From the NCBI GenBank assembly GCA_965202665.1, contig OZ241841.1:448001-512000 (forward strand): a stretch of 64,000 nucleotides of DNA. The letters are read 5' to 3'. Shown in pieces: positions 62,101 through 64,000 of the stretch. A model generated the notes under the pieces. That model saw nothing but the letters and a program-made list of their open reading frames with translations, was not told the DNA's origin and ran no database searches. Made by a program: the position numbers and the translations under genes. The number at the start of each line of letters is the position of its first letter. The first letter of the stretch is position 1. This stretch comes from Candidatus Spongiisociaceae bacterium (GTDB taxonomy: Bacteria; Actinomycetota; Acidimicrobiia; Spongiisociales; Spongiisociaceae).

Positions 62101-64000
62101 GAACGCGGCTCGTACCCGCACCGCAACCGTCTCTCCCTCCGACAAAGTTTTCTGATTCCCGCTTTCCACGCCGTCAGTATCCGCCGTCAGGGTCACTTCT
62201 AGATCATCGTCTGTGATAACCAGCGTCGTTCCGCTAACCGCAAACCCCCCAGCGGTACCGTCGATGTCAATACTCTCCGCGTCCTCCGCGATGGTGTCCC
62301 CCGTAATCAGCAAACCGCTCAACGCAACGGCGGAGCTGGTGGTGGCGGAGGCTGGGATGGTCACCGTGATCGCGGTGCCCGGGGCGGTGAAATCCGCCGC
62401 CTCCGCGTTCTCACCCGCCCCGAACGACAAGGTTACGTCGGTGGCCTGGGCGAGCGAGGAACTGGACGCCCCCGCAAAAGAGGCGGTAACAGTCACGGCT
62501 CCGGCGTTGGCGTCTCTTTCATCCACCGTGGACTGACTGAGGGCCAAAGTGATCGTCTCCAGGATCGACAAATCAGCGACCGCGGGCAGATACCCGCCGG
62601 TAGCGGAAGCGGTGAAACGAATAGTTTCCGCCCCCTCAATCGTCCCATCATCGCGGGGAGTGAGTACGACATCCGCCGTCCCACTGGTTTGGCCGCTAGC
62701 GATGGTGATAGTCGCCGTGCTACTCCCGCGGGTGTAATCCCCAGTCGCTCCCAAAGCGGCGGTTCCGCCCGCAGCCCCTACATTTACAGTCACCGTGGCT
62801 GACGACGAAGCGGCTGCGCCGAGGGTGGCTTTCACCCGCACCGTCTGCGCCCCCCCATCCTCGGTAATCCCCGACAAGGCCGGAGCGGCGCTGGTCGGCT
62901 CATGGAAAGACAAAGTAACCGCCCGACCCGGATCGAAAACACCCATCTGAGCGGACGCCACCTGACCTATAGAAGTAGAACCAGTCAGTTTCAAATACTC
63001 GATACCCTCAGTGTCATCCCCATCGGCGCGGGCCCGCAGCTGAAAAGAACCCGAACCGCTGACATCCCCGGCGGGGATGCTGACCGTGAACTGATTGTTC
63101 GTCTGGTTAGTGCACACATCCGCTGTCATCGTCATCGTAGAACATACCGCGGTATGCACCGTCGCGCCGCTGGTGTCCGCCGACCCAACCGTTACCGTCA
63201 CCGGAGTAGCCGCCGACAACACCGAAGTAGCCCCCTGAAAACGGGCCGTTACCACTATCTGATGATCCGCCGTCCGTTCCACCACCTCCGCCGGCGACGC
63301 CGACAAAGACACATCCACATCATCATCAACGATAGTTATCGTCTCCGCAACCACCGTCCCGCCTGTCGCGGTACCGGTGATGAGAAAAGTCTCCGCTCCC
63401 TCCGCTACCGTGTCATCCGCCACCGACAGGCCGGTGAGATTCACCCAGCCGCTTTGCAGGGCGGTTCCGACGGGCATAGTCACCGTCGCAGTCGTGCCGG
63501 GGGCGGTGAAATCAACACCCCCGCTGGTCGCCGACACCGGAGAACCCTCCTCCGCGGTCACCTGAACCGTATACGCGGCGGTCAAGTCGTTGGTAGTAGC
63601 TGATGTGAACCGGGCCCGTACCCGTACCGCCGCCGCCTCACCCTCCGGCAGGGTTTGCTGCTCCCCGTTCGTGCCGCTATCGGTGTCCGCCGTTAACGTA
63701 ACCCCCAGATCATCGTCGTTTATGGTCAGCTCCGTTCCGCTCACCACAAACCCATCCGCCGTCCCCTCAACATCGATTTTCTCCTCCCCCTCCGCGATCG
63801 AATCAGACGTAATCAGCAAACCGGTCAGAGCGGTAGCGGAACTGGAGGTGGAAGAAGCCGGAATACTCACCGTGATCGCGGTGCCGGGAGCGGTGAAATC
63901 CAACGTCTCCGCGTTCTCGCCCGCCCCGAACGACAACGTAACAACCGTCGCCCCCGTCAACATCGAAGTAGCAGCCCCCGCGAACGCGGCCGTCACCGTG
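59107..64000 (-). CDS. Giant surface protein E (5' end lies outside the window)
   Basis: Open frame to the window edge; repeats and SLH tail nearly identical to those of A and D. Confidence 0.88.
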   Translation of the reverse strand, partial: TVTAAFAGAATSMLTGATVVTLSFGAGENAETLDFTAPGTAITVSIPASSTSSSATALTGLLITSDSIAEGEEKIDVEGTADGFVVSGTELTINDDDLGVTLTADTDSGTNGEQQTLPEGEAAAVRVRARFTSATTNDLTAAYTVQVTAEEGSPVSATSGGVDFTAPGTTATVTMPVGTALQSGWVNLTGLSVADDTVAEGAETFLITGTATGGTVVAETITIVDDDVDVSLSASPAEVVERTADHQIVVTARFQGATSVLSAATPVTVTVGSADTSGATVHTAVCSTMTMTADVCTNQTNNQFTVSIPAGDVSGSGSFQLRARADGDDTEGIEYLKLTGSTSIGQVASAQMGVFDPGRAVTLSFHEPTSAAPALSGITEDGGAQTVRVKATLGAAASSSATVTVNVGAAGGTAALGATGDYTRGSSTATITIASGQTSGTADVVLTPRDDGTIEGAETIRFTASATGGYLPAVADLSILETITLALSQSTVDERDANAGAVTVTASFAGASSSSLAQATDVTLSFGAGENAEAADFTAPGTAITVTIPASATTSSAVALSGLLITGDTIAEDAESIDIDGTAGGFAVSGTTLVITDDDLEVTLTADTDGVESGNQKTLSEGETVAVRVRAAFTTATSNDIGSALQVRVTAEALSPASAEAGGIDFTPPATPVTVSIPAGQTQSAWTNLTGLLVTDDAVTELAETFRIAGTSVNSGVGITPDTLTIGASDTALEVTASPGRVTESTDAHNITVTAGFAGATSSALATNTDVTVTVAAGDSNGATVATACSPSMTEDVCTDQTGNSFTIRIPAGQHHHTGSFQLTARVDTDAETTAETVKISGSATVAGTAASDSTTINIADSGIRLVLTNPSSNSAVSALAENSGTTTVRVTATLPVNAPTGGVVVGLEIDEDSTATADSNRVWTNREDYRVAWPSKPSGTPSGYNTGITIAAGTKTGYVDIDITVNDDNVDEPTRRIIIDGSHVTINNVDYHTVAAALTINDNDGPPTAVTLTLHSTRADSSGEHLTEAHENEETRVRVVATFQGTATRSAATFVPIVVGKTGEATEGTDYQTVADFNVEIPGYQNSGTDTFLLKTDGTYNDNNFEGPETLTVAGGTLAGFTIAQDTLTLIDDDLTVTLTLTPNQGTEGDTNTSVTLQAAYPTGETLPNPHTITLALGGTATAGADYTAPALTPLTILANQNSVTRTLSLPITDDSIDEPDETVQITGTSAGITITPATFTIKDNDDPPTGITLTTSPSGLDEGANNRQITITARLDGSTTRSETTSVAITIPGPDSTTTPADYQITNQPTTITIRPATQTGTATFNITIPNTDGPEPNETLQINGTLAGFTITPAVLTIRNSAPPPPPPPPPTTTPNPPTGGGGGGGGAPPPAAPPPAAGGGGGGAPPPAAGGGAPPPAGPAAPAPPPPAPVACQGRFCDDDGSVHEPNIALMAEWGITIGCDANDPTKYCPSAQITRRQMATFIYRAVNPRWPIQIPTGVTINDVPADASYRPYANWLVSIGAFQLDDGNFNPRGIVTRADMAVMMVAAFPHIQAVSESQNLFADTANLDAAVVRAIEGIAESEVTRGCTTTPPLRYCPNNPVTRAQMASFFVRVINQAPTTTEESG

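Noticed and set aside
31515-63603. Many + strand ORFs opposite the giant genes, and similar shadow ORFs elsewhere
   Set aside because: Antisense and alternative-frame by-products of high-GC codon bias; they recur with the repeats and have no recognisable motifs.
31520-64000. Diversity-generating retroelement or shufflon as the source of tip variation
   Set aside because: No reverse transcriptase, template/variable repeat pair or site-specific recombinase is visible. All copies share one orientation, and the differences include indels rather than adenine-only changes.

Overview
High-GC bacterial chromosome segment, most likely an actinobacterium of the Acidimicrobiia type (inference from SLH-anchored proteins, a DUF222-HNH gene with a PafBC-like promoter and IS481). 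The left part is the housekeeping run rsmI-(abrB-like)-tatD-rsmA-ispE-tRNA-Gln-glmU-prs, interrupted by an accessory block. That block holds a DUF222-HNH gene, a repeat-rich spacer and three tandem orphan DUF1156-type adenine DNA methyltransferases. Two of the methyltransferases carry different simple-sequence repeats at the same linker position: (CAACA)12, in frame, and (AC)12, frameshifted. The middle holds a CUAEP-tail radical SAM selenoprotein, lipoproteins, a nucleotidyltransferase gene pair, a phosphomannomutase and a hydroxyproline-catabolism trio. The right half (31.5-64 kb) is a tandem array of at least five giant (1.85-2.4 kaa) secreted Calx-beta-like/SLH surface proteins. They have hypervariable N-terminal tips and mosaic bodies, and each of the four with a visible 5' end has its own TTGACA-(poly-G)-TAGCGT promoter whose spacer length is set by a G11-12 tract. 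The window therefore appears to contain two independent slipped-strand phase-variation systems, one epigenetic and one for surface display. All family assignments come from motif recognition by eye; no searches were run.
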